Part shown: one piece after another, positions 48,239-60,949 of the stretch
Numbering within the stretch: the first letter of the stretch is position 1
Layout of the letters: each line of letters begins with the position of its first letter
DNA from: Planktothrix sp. GU0601_MAG3
GTDB lineage: Bacteria > Cyanobacteriota > Cyanobacteriia > Cyanobacteriales > Microcoleaceae
DNA length: 64,000 nt
NCBI GenBank assembly: GCA_035193785.1
Contig: CP136572.1
Span: 2,132,578-2,196,577, forward strand
Direction: 5' to 3'
Notes under the pieces: model-generated
The model's database searches: none
The model's input: the letters and a program-made list of their open reading frames with translations, nothing else
What the model was told of the DNA's origin: nothing
Translations under genes and position numbers: made by a program

Positions 48239-51200
48239 ATGTTACCTAACGAAATTCGCGCCCGCAGTGTACAGTTTCTCCATCAACAAACAGAAATCTA
48301 TATTAATCAAGGGCAGTTTGAGGATGGGATCAAGGCTTGCAACCAGTTATTGCAAATTCAGTCTGATTATGCCCCCGGTTATAAACTGATGGCGGATATA
48401 TTCCAAAGACAGGGGAAATTGCAGGACGCGCAAGACTGGTATCACCGCACATTGCAACTTCAACCTAATTTGCCAGAAGTTCATGCTAACTTGGGAAGTC
48501 TGTATGCTAAATCACAACAATGGCAACAGGCGATCGCTTGTTATCAAAAAGCTGTCGCCCTGAAACCGGATTTCGCCGGGGCTTATCGGAATTTAGCGAA
48601 AGTTTGGACACAACTGGGCGACCCCCAAAAATCGGCACAGGCCCTCTATCAAGCCTTGAGATTAGAAACCGAATCAAGCCACCGCAGAAGAGCATTTTAA
48701 CCTTGGTGATCAGTTAGCACAACAGGGACAAGTCAAGGAAGCCCAGATCTGCTATCGGAATGCAATTCAACTTGATCCCAATTTAACAACGGCCCATCAA
48801 GCTTTAGCCATGCTGCTCAAAGACCAAGGAAAAGCCCAGGAAGCAACCCAGGTCTACCGTCAAGCGATCGCATTGAATACCCCCCCGACCATTGGGTCAG
48901 CCACCTCGGATACCTTGGCCGCCGCTACAGCCAGAGGTGGGACTGTAACCGCCGAATTATCACCCCAAGAAACTTTAGCGGGGGCAACTCGTCAGCCAAC
49001 GGTGAGTTATAATACGAAACCTCCAATGAATCATCCCGCTAACCCCCAAACCTATTTAAAACAGGCCCAAGCCTATTGTGCCTTGAAAGAATGGGATCAA
49101 GCGATCGCCACCTGTCAAAAAGCCTTAAAATTGCAACCAGATTTAGCAGAAGCCTATAAAATTCAAGGGAATGCTTTACAAATTTTAGGGGAAATGTCGG
49201 CGGCGATTCGTTGTTATTCAAAAGCCTTAGAAATTCAACCCCAATATCCAGAAGTTTATGCGAATTTGGGCAGTTTATATGCTCAGGAAGAACGCTTAGA
49301 AAAAGCTGCCTCCTATTATCAACAAGCGGTTAGTTTAAAACCGGATTTTGCCGGATTTTACCGCAATTATGCTAAGGTTTTAACCAAAATGGGGCAGTTA
49401 GAACCAGCTTCCCAATGTTTGGAAAAAGCCTATAGTTTGGAACCAGAAAAAGCCACAGCAGAGGAACATTTTAATTTAGGAAATACTCGCTTTAAACAGG
49501 GTCGATTTGATGAGGCTCTAGCTGCTTATCAAAAAGCTTTACAACTCAATCCTCAGTGGGCAGTAATCTATTATCAATTAGGGCAATTACATCAAGCGAA
49601 AGGGGAAATCGAGGCTGCAATTTCTTCCTATCAAAAAGCCCTGGAATTAGAACCCTCTCAGTTAGAATTTTATTATGGCTTTGCCGATTTATTCAGTGGT
49701 CAAGAACGGTGGGATGATACCATCCGAGTTTATCACAAAATTTTGGCATTAGACCCAAATCAAGCCGTTGCTTATTATAAAATCGGAGAAATTTTCAACC
49801 GTCAGTGGCGCTTAGAAGAAGCGGTTAACGTTTACAAAAAATCTATTTCCTTGAATCCTAAATTGGTGTCTTCCTATTATGGGTTAGGGAAAGTTTTAGT
49901 TAAACAGGAAAATTGGCCAGAAGCGTTACAGGTCTTCCGTCAAGCGGTACAAATGAACCCCGGTGGAGATGCAGAATCTTATAAAGGTTTTGGGGATGCA
50001 CTGGCGAAAGTTGGGGAAACGGAATCGGCAATTAAAGCCTATCAAAAATCAACCGAACTTGATAATAGTCAAGCCGAAGTCTATCAAAAATTAGGGGATT
50101 TACTCCGAGATCAAGAACAGTTTGAAGCAGCAATTTCTGCTTATCAACGTTCAATTGAACTGAATCCGAGTGTGTTCTGGACACAGAATAATTTGGCGGA
50201 TATTTTCTTTAAACAAGAACGTTGGGAAGCGGCAATTTCTGCCTATCAAAATGCGATCAAATTAGATTCTAGCTACTCTTGGTCGTATAATAGTTTAGCC
50301 GATGCCTTAGTTAATTTAGAACGGTTAGAAGAAGCAATTCCTGCTTATCAAAATGCCATTAAACTTAATCCTGAATTCCCTTGGTCTTACTATAATTTAG
50401 GGAAAGTTTTAACGGAATTAGAGAATTGGGAAGAAGCGGTGGTTGCCTATCGCAGTGCAATTAAAGTTCAATCTGATTTACCCAATATTCAAGAAAAACT
50501 CGCCGATGCCTTGAGAAATCGAGCTAAATTAGATTTACAGGAATGCTTGAATTATTATTATCAAGTAATTCAGGAAAACCCCGATCATGTGGCGGCTTAT
50601 CATAAAGCTATTGAGATTAAACCCGATGATCCCCAATTGTATATTCAGTTAGCGAATACATTGGTCAATCATAATCATTTGGATGGGGCGATCGTATTCT
50701 ATCAAATGGCATTGCAGTTAGAACCGGAGAATTTAGAAGCGAGTGGCAAGTTACAACAAATTATAGAAAAAAAAAATCCTCTAAGCCAACCTGAAACCAA
50801 CTCCATCAGTAATTGCTGCCACAAAAAAGCAGTATCGTGAGGTTGAAGGATATGAAGAATGGTTAAGCAAAAATACCCTTCAACCCCATGATTTAAACGG
50901 AAGGATTACCCATTTAAAAACGCTGCGCTATCAGCCCAAAATTAGCGTCCTTTTTTCTTTAAAAGGTACACCCGAATTGTTTGTTCGTGAAGCCATCAAA
51001 TCTGTTATTGATCAAATTTATCCCCATTGGGAATTGTGTATTATAGGTGAGGTTGGGGATGAACGTAATGTCAACTCATTGCTTGAGGAATATAACATCC
51101 CAGAACACAAAATCAAAAAAGATTATCGTCCAGAAAATCAATCAATTTGTACGAATTTAAACTCTGGTCTGGAACTGGCAACGGGAGACTTTATCGCTTT

Positions 51201-52921
51201 ATTGAAAGCAGAAGATGTATTAACAGTAGAAGCGTTCTATGAAGTTATCGTGCTCTTAAATCAATATCCAGAAGCGGATATGATTTATTCCGATGAAGAT
51301 CGATTAAATGCCGTCGGAAAACGCACTCAACCTTTCTTTAAACCCGATTGGTGTCCAGATACATTCCTATCTCGAATGTATACAGGTCATTTGGGAGTGT
51401 ATCGACGTCAGTTAGTCAATAAAATCGGAGGATTTCGAGATGGGTATGAAGGAAGCTACGACTATGATTTAGTCTTGAGATTGACGGAAAAAACCAAGGC
51501 AATTTTTCATATTTCCAAAGTTATCTATAGTAGCCGAACGGCCTTACCCTTCGCTCATGATGGCGTTGGCAAAAGGCAAGCAGAATTAGAGAAAGCGAAT
51601 ACAAAAGCCTTAGAAGATGCTTTAAAACGTCGTGGAGAGCAGGGAAAAGTTGAATGTGCTGAACATCCTGGAATCTATCGAATTCGCTATCAAATTCAAG
51701 AGTACAAGCCCGTCAGTATTATTATTCCTACTCGAAATTTAGGAACAATTCTCAATCGCTGTCTTGAGTCTATTTTTCAGAAAAGTACCTATCCTAACTA
51801 TGAAGTGATTGTCATTGATAATGGTAGCAATGAGTTAGAAACCCTATCTTTACTGAAATCTTGGCAACAAAAAGAACCGGAGCGGTTTAAGTGTTATCCC
51901 TTAGATATTCCCTTTAATTTTTCTAAACTGAATAATCATGCCGTAGCCCAAGCCAAAGGAGATTATTTACTCTTTTTAAATAACGATACGGAGGTGATCA
52001 ATTCCGACTGGATGGAGGCTATGGTAGAGCAAGCACAACGTCCGAGTATTGGGGGAGTAGGAGCTTTACTGCTTTATCCAGATCAAACCATTCAACATTC
52101 GGGGGTGATTATGGGACTGCGGAGTGTGGCAGATCACGCTCATCGCCATTTTGCACCGAATGATCCGGGCTATTATGGTCAAATTCAGTCTATTAATAAT
52201 TATTCATCGGTGACGGCGGCTTGTTTGATGTGTCGGCGAGAGGTTTTTGAAAAAATTGGGGGCTTTGATGAACAATTAGCCGTTGCATTTAATGACGTGG
52301 ATTTGTGTCTGGAAATGCAACGACGAGGCTATCACAATATTTATCTTCCCCATGTCATGTTATATCACCATGAATCAAAAAGTCGGGGGGTAGAAGATAC
52401 AGCCGAAAAACAAGGTCGTTTCATGCAGGAATTAACAACCATGCGACAACGATGGATTAAAGTTATTGAGCACGATCCTTGTTATAATCCCAACTTAAAT
52501 CGAGAACTAGATGATTATAGTTTGCGGATATTGACTGATATAGAAATTATATCTGTTAACCGTATTCAGGAAGATGCTGAGGCATTTTGGGGTGTAGCTA
52601 TTGATGCACCTGTACCTGGAATTCACAAAGGGATTAATACAGTTTCGGTTTGCAGGTTGGATCATTGGTCAGCCAATCCCGATGATGGGGGTACAAATTT
52701 TGGGGTATGAGGGACAGGTGATTGAAAATATTCCTGCCCGTTTACCTCGTCCTGATGTGGCTGAAATTTACCCTGATATTCCCAATGCGGATAGTAGTGG
52801 TTTTTGGGCGGAAATTGAAGTTACTCGCATCATCAATGAACCAGAATTGTTATTGAGAGGAGTTTTTGAGGATGGCAGTTATGCGGGAATTGCCAAGGTT
52901 CAACTTCGCCGTCCCTCCTAA
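48239..52921 (+). CDS. Large TPR + tandem GT2 glycosyltransferase fusion; frameshifts at 48665, 50793, 52642
   Basis: Many TPRs; IYSDED..KPDW; SIIIPT..IDNGS..LFLNND..VTAACL..FNDVDLCL; one frame after the single-base corrections. Confidence 0.8.
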
Positions 52922-52959
52922 ACCATAAACCGTTAGTAGAGATGCTGTATGCAGCGTCT

Positions 52960-53779
52960 CTACATCGCTATACAAGATTGAATTGAAACCACTTTTCTGA
53001 AAGGAAATTGATCATAAGGCACATTGCCACGCCACAAGTAATGACCTGTTGGGGATAGATAATAGGTTTCTACATCTTCTTTCAATTGATTGCTCAAAAC
53101 CGCATAATCGCTATCAATTTTTTCCAGAGGATAGTCAGGATTTTGTAGTTTTAATTGACACAAAAGAATTCTTTTTAAATTTTCTTCATGAGCTTCAGTC
53201 CCCCAACCTTGAGCAACATGATCAATACAATGAATTGACTTACCTCCTTGACGGAGAAACTTACTAATTCCCTCATAAATAAAGCGATGGGCATCTCCAT
53301 GAATATGTTCTAAAACGGAAATGGAGAAAATACAATCAACAGAAGCCGGGCTAATTTGTGATAAATTGGGGCTGAATAAATCTTTAATAATTTTGACGTG
53401 GGGATATTGTTGGGAATATTGGGCGTATTCTGTTGGGCCGTTTCCCGCCCCTTCATAGGGATCAACGAGGGTAACTTGATAACCTAATTCTGCTAAAATT
53501 CCACAGACAATCGGTTTCTCCGCCACCAATTTCTAGTAATTTTCCTCCTAAGGGAACTTGACTAAGAATGGTTTTAATTAACCAGGGTCTTTGCACATTT
53601 TTAATATCATCATGGAGTTTACAAACTTGAGGAAGATAATCCGCACTATCACAAAAATCTCTAACCGTTGCATAACTCAAGGTTTCTAATTGTTTCGGTT
53701 GAGCATAACGGGCAATTAACGATTGTTTAGAGGCTTCATCAAGATGATAGATAGGTTGTAACGATGATTGATTCATGGG
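52960..53779 (-). CDS. Class I SAM-dependent methyltransferase; frameshift at 53514
   Basis: LLEIGGG, VDPY, FSISVLEH. Confidence 0.75.
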
Positions 53780-53842
53780 TGATTTTTTCAATATTCCTAA
53801 AATTTAGAATAACCTGGAAGTTGGTCTAATAACCAGAAAATT

Positions 53843-55042
53843 TTAATTCTTGGTTACTAGGGTTTGTAAAATGTTTGCTTCACCTTCAGTAATCTCTTGA
53901 TAAAATGATTTTAAAAGTTCACTATTTTTTCTCCAGTTGAGTCGAGTTTTAGCAAAGTGAACAGCACCTTGACTTAATTGATGATCAAGTTCTGGGTCTT
54001 GAGTAATTAATTTTACAGCCTGAATGATATTCAAAGCATTGACAAGAGGTAAAATCCAGGCGTGTTTTTGATGTTCCATTTCTAGGGCAATATTGGTATT
54101 TGGTAAAATCACAGGTTTCCCCATAGCCAAGAATTCAGGTAATTTTGAAGGAAAGCGATAGTTATTAAATTTGTCCACTCTTCCCGGTTGAATTAACGCA
54201 TCCGCCAGGGCTAAGATATCGGGTAATAAACTACGATCTACATATCCTAATTCTCGACAATATTGTCTTGCCCAATGATCATCTTCTCCTAAAAATTGAC
54301 AAAAATCTCGACCTGTTCTAATTAAAATTGCTGGTTTTCCTTCTCGATTTAATAATGCGATCGCCAGATATAAACTCCGCACTTCAGCAATATTAACAGC
54401 ATGAACATTTCCGGTGTAACAAAACACTAAACTGTCAGGTGGAATATCAAACTTTTGGAATAATTCTGGATTCTTTTCTCGGGGATAAAATTCTTCAGAA
54501 TTTACTCCTGGCCATAGAGTTAAACTGGGTGTATTGGTAGGAACAAATTGCTTTAAAGGTTCCATAATTACCGTTACCCCATCAGCAGTCCCCATAAATT
54601 GTCGATATTTTAAGGGATGGGATAAATTGTTAGGCAATTCAAGAGTATGAGCTAAGGCTAATAATTCTTGAAAGGACTTATTTAAAGAACGTTCTAAAAT
54701 ATATTCTTCATTATCTTCTAGGTGAATAACTAATTTAAAATCGTAATTTTGACGCAGTTCTTCACAATATTGTCGAATCACTTCCCGGGGAGTCCAGACG
54801 TGAACAATATCCGGTGGTTTTCGATTATCAAAAAAGTAGTTTAATCGGCTAATTTCACTATATTCAGTGACTTTATACAAGGGTTCAAAGTTTTTTCCAA
54901 CCGCCGATACTGTTTGCTTGTTATAGGGAACAGAAACAACACAATCTAATCCCAGTTCAATTAAATTATTGGCAAAATGATGAACGTGAACAGCACTATT
55001 AGAGTGAAAGTCCTCATAGAGAACAAATAACACATTTTTCAT
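53843..55042 (-). CDS. Glycosyltransferase family 4
   Basis: PSKLPEFLAMGKPVI, ILALAD. Confidence 0.85.
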   Translation of the reverse strand: MKNVLFVLYEDFHSNSAVHVHHFANNLIELGLDCVVSVPYNKQTVSAVGKNFEPLYKVTEYSEISRLNYFFDNRKPPDIVHVWTPREVIRQYCEELRQNYDFKLVIHLEDNEEYILERSLNKSFQELLALAHTLELPNNLSHPLKYRQFMGTADGVTVIMEPLKQFVPTNTPSLTLWPGVNSEEFYPREKNPELFQKFDIPPDSLVFCYTGNVHAVNIAEVRSLYLAIALLNREGKPAILIRTGRDFCQFLGEDDHWARQYCRELGYVDRSLLPDILALADALIQPGRVDKFNNYRFPSKLPEFLAMGKPVILPNTNIALEMEHQKHAWILPLVNALNIIQAVKLITQDPELDHQLSQGAVHFAKTRLNWRKNSELLKSFYQEITEGEANILQTLVTKN

Positions 55043-55045
55043 AAT

Positions 55046-58000
55046 TTATCCTAAGATAGTGTAATCAAAGTTGTCAGGATTAAAATTACAATTGTAATAA
55101 GGATCTCCCGATTCTAAATCAATATGCCATTGATCCAGAAATAGCATTTTATCCGTCGGATCATTTCCTGTCATCGGTTGATGATTAATTAAAACAGCAC
55201 GGGGGGTAAAAATAATTCTTTGGTGATTTTGTCTGATTTTAAGGCAAAAATCACTATCATAGTTTTGATGAAAAAAGTATTCGTTAAACCCTCCTATTTT
55301 GTCAAAGGTACTGGCTTTTACCATCATACAATCACAACTGACTGCTGCTACTTCTCTAGCACAAATTAGAGAAACCCGCATATCCATCAGCATTAGGTTG
55401 AAAATCAGGCATAAATGTATGAATTTCTCCTGCTTTGCCTAAGATCAAACCCGCTTGTTCTACAGTACGTTCTGGAGACAAAAGTAAACCCCCCACTGCA
55501 CCCACATCAGATTGTTCCGCATAATAAAGTAAATGCCGTAACCAATCTTCTGTAATCGCTTCTGTATTAGGATTGAGAAAAACTAAATATTCTCCTTTAG
55601 CCTGTTTTGCTCCTAAATTATATGCCTTAGACCGTTTAAAGGGAGCGGAAACCGCTATTTTTTTAACTGGAAATTCTTGCAAATTTTGGTAAACTTGAGG
55701 ATAGGAGTTTTTAGGTTCAACCCAGATCATTTCCCAATTAGGATAGCTGGAATGAGCCACAAAATTATGCAAACTTTTTTCCAGTGAATCCTGAGAATTT
55801 GCAACAATCAGACTAATTAAAGGATAGTCCGTTTTCGGATGGGGATTAATATTAACTCGATGGCGTCCTAAACCCGCTTCTGCTTGAGCAAGTAGCCCTA
55901 GCCGTTGTAGATGGGAATTAACCGCCGCCTGTTGCAGAGTATCAATTCCGGCTTTGGCATCCACATCTCCAGAAATACTGCCTCTAACCTTTCGCCAGTG
56001 ATATAAAATTTTAGGGAGATGACCAATATTTTGAGTCACTTCCGATAACCTGAGTAGGAATTCATAATCTTGAACCCCATCAAATTCGCTCTTGAATCCT
56101 CCAACCTCTAATGCTAATTCTCGACGCACCGATAATAAATGTCCTGCATACATAACCCCTCGAAAATATTCAGGTGACCAGTCGGGTTTATGGAAGGGTT
56201 CTAAATAGTTTAATCCCGAAAAATCAATTTTATCTTCATCAGAATAAACAACATCAAAACCTTTTGCCAGTTGATTCAAACTATCTTGTAACGCTGTCGG
56301 AATTAAAGTGTCATCATGATCGAGAAAACAGACATAATCTCCGGTTGCCATTTTCAAAGCTCGATTGGTTGCAGAACTAATCCCACCAGACTCTTGAAAA
56401 GCAACTTTAATATGGGGATGTTTCTCTGCTAGTGCTTGTAAAACTGCCTTAATTTCCGGCTGTTGAGAACCGTCATCCACCAGACACCATTCCCAATCAA
56501 ATCGAGATTGCATCAGTACACTTAAAACCGTTTCTAAGAACCAATCTAACGAAGAATTCCAAGTAGGAGTTAAGATACTAATTGTTGGGGAGGTATGGGA
56601 TAAATAAGGTCGTTGAGTCTCGATAATCGGGTCAATAATTTTCCAGAATTGTTCACAGGTGACTCCAGATAAACCCAATAAATATTCATCTCTAACTGGG
56701 TTCAAATGATGAGGAAATTGTTTTTTTAGAGTTTTGAATATTGTCTTGAGATTCCGTTGATATTGGCGTTGCTGAAGTTCCAGTTGCGATCGCTCTAAAT
56801 CCTGTTGCACTTGTTGATTTTGGAGTAGCGATCGCTCTAAATTTGCTTTAATTGTTTTTAATAAAGATTGAGAATGACTAATTTCTGATGGCATGGTTTC
56901 AATTGCCAACAATGAGGAGACTGGTTGCTGAGGAACAGATATAATATTAGTCTCTTGATCCTCTAACTCTTCATTTTGCAAAACCTGGATATTTTCCGAA
57001 ACAGGGTTATCTAAATTTGGGCTATTTCCCTTTTGCAGAATCAAAAAATCCTGACTACTAATAAATTCCGTGCGGCCACACCAAGAAACCATAGGAGATA
57101 TCAACAATACTAAATTCATAATTTGTAATCCACTCTAACAAGAGAGATTCTCGATATCCAATAGCCTCTTCGGGAACGTTTAAGTCTTTAGTAAAATATT
57201 CTTCTAACTCATAAATAAGAGCTTGGGAACTTTTTCCTTCAGAGATTAATTTTTCTGACTCCTTATTAATCAGAAAAAAAGTACATAAACAACGTCCTCC
57301 TGGCTTCAATACTCGATAAATTTCTGACAGGTAATTACGGACTTCTGGAGGTTGAAGATGGGTAAAAACTGAAGTCAGGAAAACAAAATCAAAACTTTCA
57401 TCCGCATAGGGAAAAACCAAATTAATTGGCTTTATAATTCCCGACGGATTATACATGAGGTTATGAAGATCCACCCTGTAAAAGTTAAAATAGGGGAAGC
57501 GGGAAGTAATTTCTTGTTTCGGCCATTCGATCAGAAATTGTACCGCATCAAAACCTTCATAGCGTCCCGGAGGTTTGAGATAAGAAGTTAATCCATACGC
57601 CATCCGACCCACACCACAGCCGACATCAAGAACTGAGTCCGTTGGTTTTAAACCCACTCTTTGAATAAAATAGCCCAGAAATTCAAAAGCAAAGTGTTTA
57701 AAAAACCACTCTCCACCTCCACCAACATAATTGATATATTCTTCACTTGGAATCGGTAAACTAGGATTTAATATTGTTACTAAAACCTGACCTTCTTTCC
57801 CCTGAAATAACGGGGTTAAGATAATTAAGCAATTGTGTAGTTGTTCTGGATCTTCCTGTAAGGAAACTTGTATCCTGAAACGGGCAGTTGCTGCGTGATC
57901 AAGATAGGGATAAATTTCCTTTACATCAGGACTCGGTAGACCTAGAGTTAAGTCAAAATCCGTTATTTCTTGACCGCCAATCAACAATTTAAACTGCTCA

Positions 58001-58176
58001 ACTTGACCCTGGTTAAAGGAAGCTAACCAGCCTTCTATTGTGATCAACTTATCTTGAACATAAATAAAGTAAATTGCACCTAAATTTGCTATAGGTTCAT
58101 TTATAGGGAAAATCTTTGACGGAATGGTTTCAATATTGGCAACAGGTAACAGGGATAATGCTTTTGGTCGTTTCAT
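55046..58176 (-). CDS. Methyltransferase - coiled coil - GT2 - GT2 fusion; frameshifts at 57085, 55371
   Basis: VLDVGCGVGR, SVFTH; corrected join SYGSWCGR..QD; DDGS, FLDHDD, YSDED, second GT2-like domain. Confidence 0.8.
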
Positions 58177-58223
58177 ATAGGTTTTATGTGAAAAAAAGTT
58201 GTTTTTGAAGGAGAAAGAAATCA

Positions 58224-59592
58224 TTAACATCGAGACAGATACAAAGTTGGATGAATGATGGATAACATCGAAGTATTAGTTTTCTGCTGTTCATACTTCA
58301 AAAATTGAGACTGATTCACAGCTTCTGAACTAGCAAACAGCAGGATATTTTGAGCGTACCACCAAGCTACTTTAGGGTTATTCCAAATTTTATGCCGGAT
58401 ACAATCAATCACTTGATATCCCCTTTCTTGAAAACGCTGTACCCAATATTGGGGCCATTGCTCATTAATATGATTGATTCCTAACTGGCAGGGAATTGCA
58501 GCCGAGAACAGACAAACTGAACTCAGTTGAGTCAAAGCATCAATATAATTTTCTACACAATCATGGGGTATTCGCTCTGCCAAAGTCAAAGAAATAACTA
58601 AATCAAATCTTCGATCAAGAGGTGCTATTTTTTCCAGATCTACAGGCTGGAAGTGAGAGGTTGGAATTTCTAGTAAATCACCTGTGATCCAAGTTCCATC
58701 CATTCCTAAAAAATCGGTGATTCCCCTCTCTTGAAAGACAGATAGCCAAGTTCCCGTTCCACATCCAACATCAACGATACTTTTAGGGTGATTTAACCAT
58801 TTATCAATGAACGGAATAATTTCTTTAGCTGCATCTCGACTAACAGGCTTTATACTCCGATAAAAACTATCTGAATAAAGTTGAATTGTTGTTTTATTTC
58901 TCACCGACTCATCCATAGGTTGAATTCCTTTTTCTGAACATTTATGGAGATATAAAGTGGGATGAATAATTGAAAATTGTAGACTATTCTTTTGAAACTC
59001 ATTTTGCAGTGATGGGTATTGGCTTAAATAAGCCTGTTGAACAAATAACAGGATGTTTTGGTTGTACCACCAAGCAACATTAGGGTTATCCCAAACCTTT
59101 TTCTTGACACAATCAATAACAACATATCCTCGATCCTGAAACTTTCTAATCCAGTATTCTGGCCATTGTTCATTGAAGTGATCTACACCTCCTTGCATGG
59201 GGATAGCAGCAGAAAACAAACAAACTCGGCTCAGTTTGACCATAGAATCCACAAAATGATCGGCATATTCAGGGGTCAGACATTCAGCGACCTCTACTGA
59301 AATAGCCAAATCAAATTCTCGCTCTACTGGCCAAGGTTGACTTAAGTTAGTAGCCGTAAATTTATCTTCTGGGATTTTCAGCAGTTGTCGTTCTACCCAA
59401 TCTCCATCTAAACCAAAGATATCTTCAACTCCATGTTGTTGAAAAACCGAAAGGAAACTTCCCGTTTCCACAGCCGATATCGATCACACTTTTAGGTTGT
59501 AATAACCCCATGACTAGAGGAACAATTTCCTGGGCTGATTTCCAGGAATAATCTTGAATAGCCTGGTAAAAACTTTCTGTATAAGAATACAT
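58224..59592 (-). CDS. Protein with two tandem SAM methyltransferase domains; frameshift at 59464
   Basis: Two copies of DxGCGTG..CLFSAAIP.Q.G..H.NEQWP.YW..VAWWY.QNILLF..IIHPTLYL. Confidence 0.85.
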
Positions 59593-59671
59593 AGGTTATT
59601 GCAATTTAATGAGTTTGTTGAGTTTTAGACTTGGATCGAAAAAACATGAAAACAATCACTAGGAATTTGAC

Positions 59672-60892
59672 TTAAATAATTAAGGGATCATAAATTTCCT
59701 CAGCCGGACTATTGCAGAGGAATTGGTATGATTGTTCAATATACTCTTCTCCTCCGCGCTGGTAATCATTATTCCATGATTTCCAAAATCCTCCCATTTC
59801 TGCTGGAAGACCGCTCGCCGATTTGTAAGCGTTGGCTCCATTAATGATTTTACGGCGAAAATGTTCTTTTGAGCGAAAAGGGTAGTGCTTTAAGACAAGA
59901 CCGATATCTTCACCATTTATACTCGCAGGAATAGTTTGATCGTTAAAATAAAGCTCATGGTTGCCTTGTGCAATAGTCATTCCTGCTTGCCAACGCACCA
60001 TAACTTTTGTACCTTGATAGTAGTTACCTTTTATCCGATGGGTCATTCGCTTGATAGGATTAGGTTCTAAGTTTTCATAAAAACTTCGTAGAATATATTG
60101 TTGGTAAGGGAAACGGATACAAATATGTTCTTTTCCCAGGGTTTGCAAAATGATATCTAGGGGTGCACGATAAGAACACAAAAATTCATCCGCATCAAAC
60201 GGAAAAATCCATTCTGTTCCCCACATTCTATGAGCAAACTCTGCCGCCGCAGTCATTTTTCGACTCTGGTAATAAGCGACCTCTCGATCTTCAACAAGAT
60301 AAACTTGAGCATCTGAATAGTCATTAGCAAAGCGTCTAATTTCTCCGGCTGTGTTGTCTGAGGATAGATTATCAAGAACAACAAATCGCTTAATTCCTAA
60401 TTGATAGTGCCATGTCAAATTAGCATAAGCAATGTCTCCCTCATCCTTAAACATTGATACACCAGCAATGATGGTTGTTTCGGGTAGCGGGGCTGCTGGT
60501 TGATACACATCCTGTGCTGATAACTGTGATAAGTCAGACCCTTGGGAATCGTTTTGAGTTAAATTAGATGAGTTTATGAGATCAGAGGTACTTTGCTGAT
60601 TTTCGGAAGGTAAATTGAGTTGAGATTGAATTTCTTCCGATGGCTCTTGAAAACGGTGCAGTTGCATCTGTATTTTTTGTAATTCATCCTGAGTTTGATG
60701 CAACTGCAAATGACACTGTTCTAGTTCTGCTAAGACTTCATCAAATTGGGACTGATAACGTTCTATCTCCTGCTGCTGCTGGTGTACCTGTTGCTGAAGT
60801 TCTGCAATCTGGGTTTGATATTCTTCATGCTGGACTGATAACAAGTCAACTGGGTCAGAAGGCAAATTAGATGGGGATTGGGAGTATTTCAT
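59672..60892 (-). CDS. Coiled coil + GT2-like (Glyco_tranf_2_4) glycosyltransferase
   Basis: Q-rich N-terminus; MFKDE.D, DNLSSD.T, FDADEF, HYPFRS. Confidence 0.75.
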   Translation of the reverse strand: MKYSQSPSNLPSDPVDLLSVQHEEYQTQIAELQQQVHQQQQEIERYQSQFDEVLAELEQCHLQLHQTQDELQKIQMQLHRFQEPSEEIQSQLNLPSENQQSTSDLINSSNLTQNDSQGSDLSQLSAQDVYQPAAPLPETTIIAGVSMFKDEGDIAYANLTWHYQLGIKRFVVLDNLSSDNTAGEIRRFANDYSDAQVYLVEDREVAYYQSRKMTAAAEFAHRMWGTEWIFPFDADEFLCSYRAPLDIILQTLGKEHICIRFPYQQYILRSFYENLEPNPIKRMTHRIKGNYYQGTKVMVRWQAGMTIAQGNHELYFNDQTIPASINGEDIGLVLKHYPFRSKEHFRRKIINGANAYKSASGLPAEMGGFWKSWNNDYQRGGEEYIEQSYQFLCNSPAEEIYDPLII

Positions 60893-60949
60893 AAGTTCAG
60901 TCTTAGCAGTTATATTTTTGTCCGGGAATAGAGTTAACTGTTAACGTCC

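Noticed and set aside
50767..50776. A10 tract as a phase-variation switch between TPR and GT2 parts
   Set aside because: The downstream frame has a stop just after the tract; the join is explained by GAAAC at 50793.
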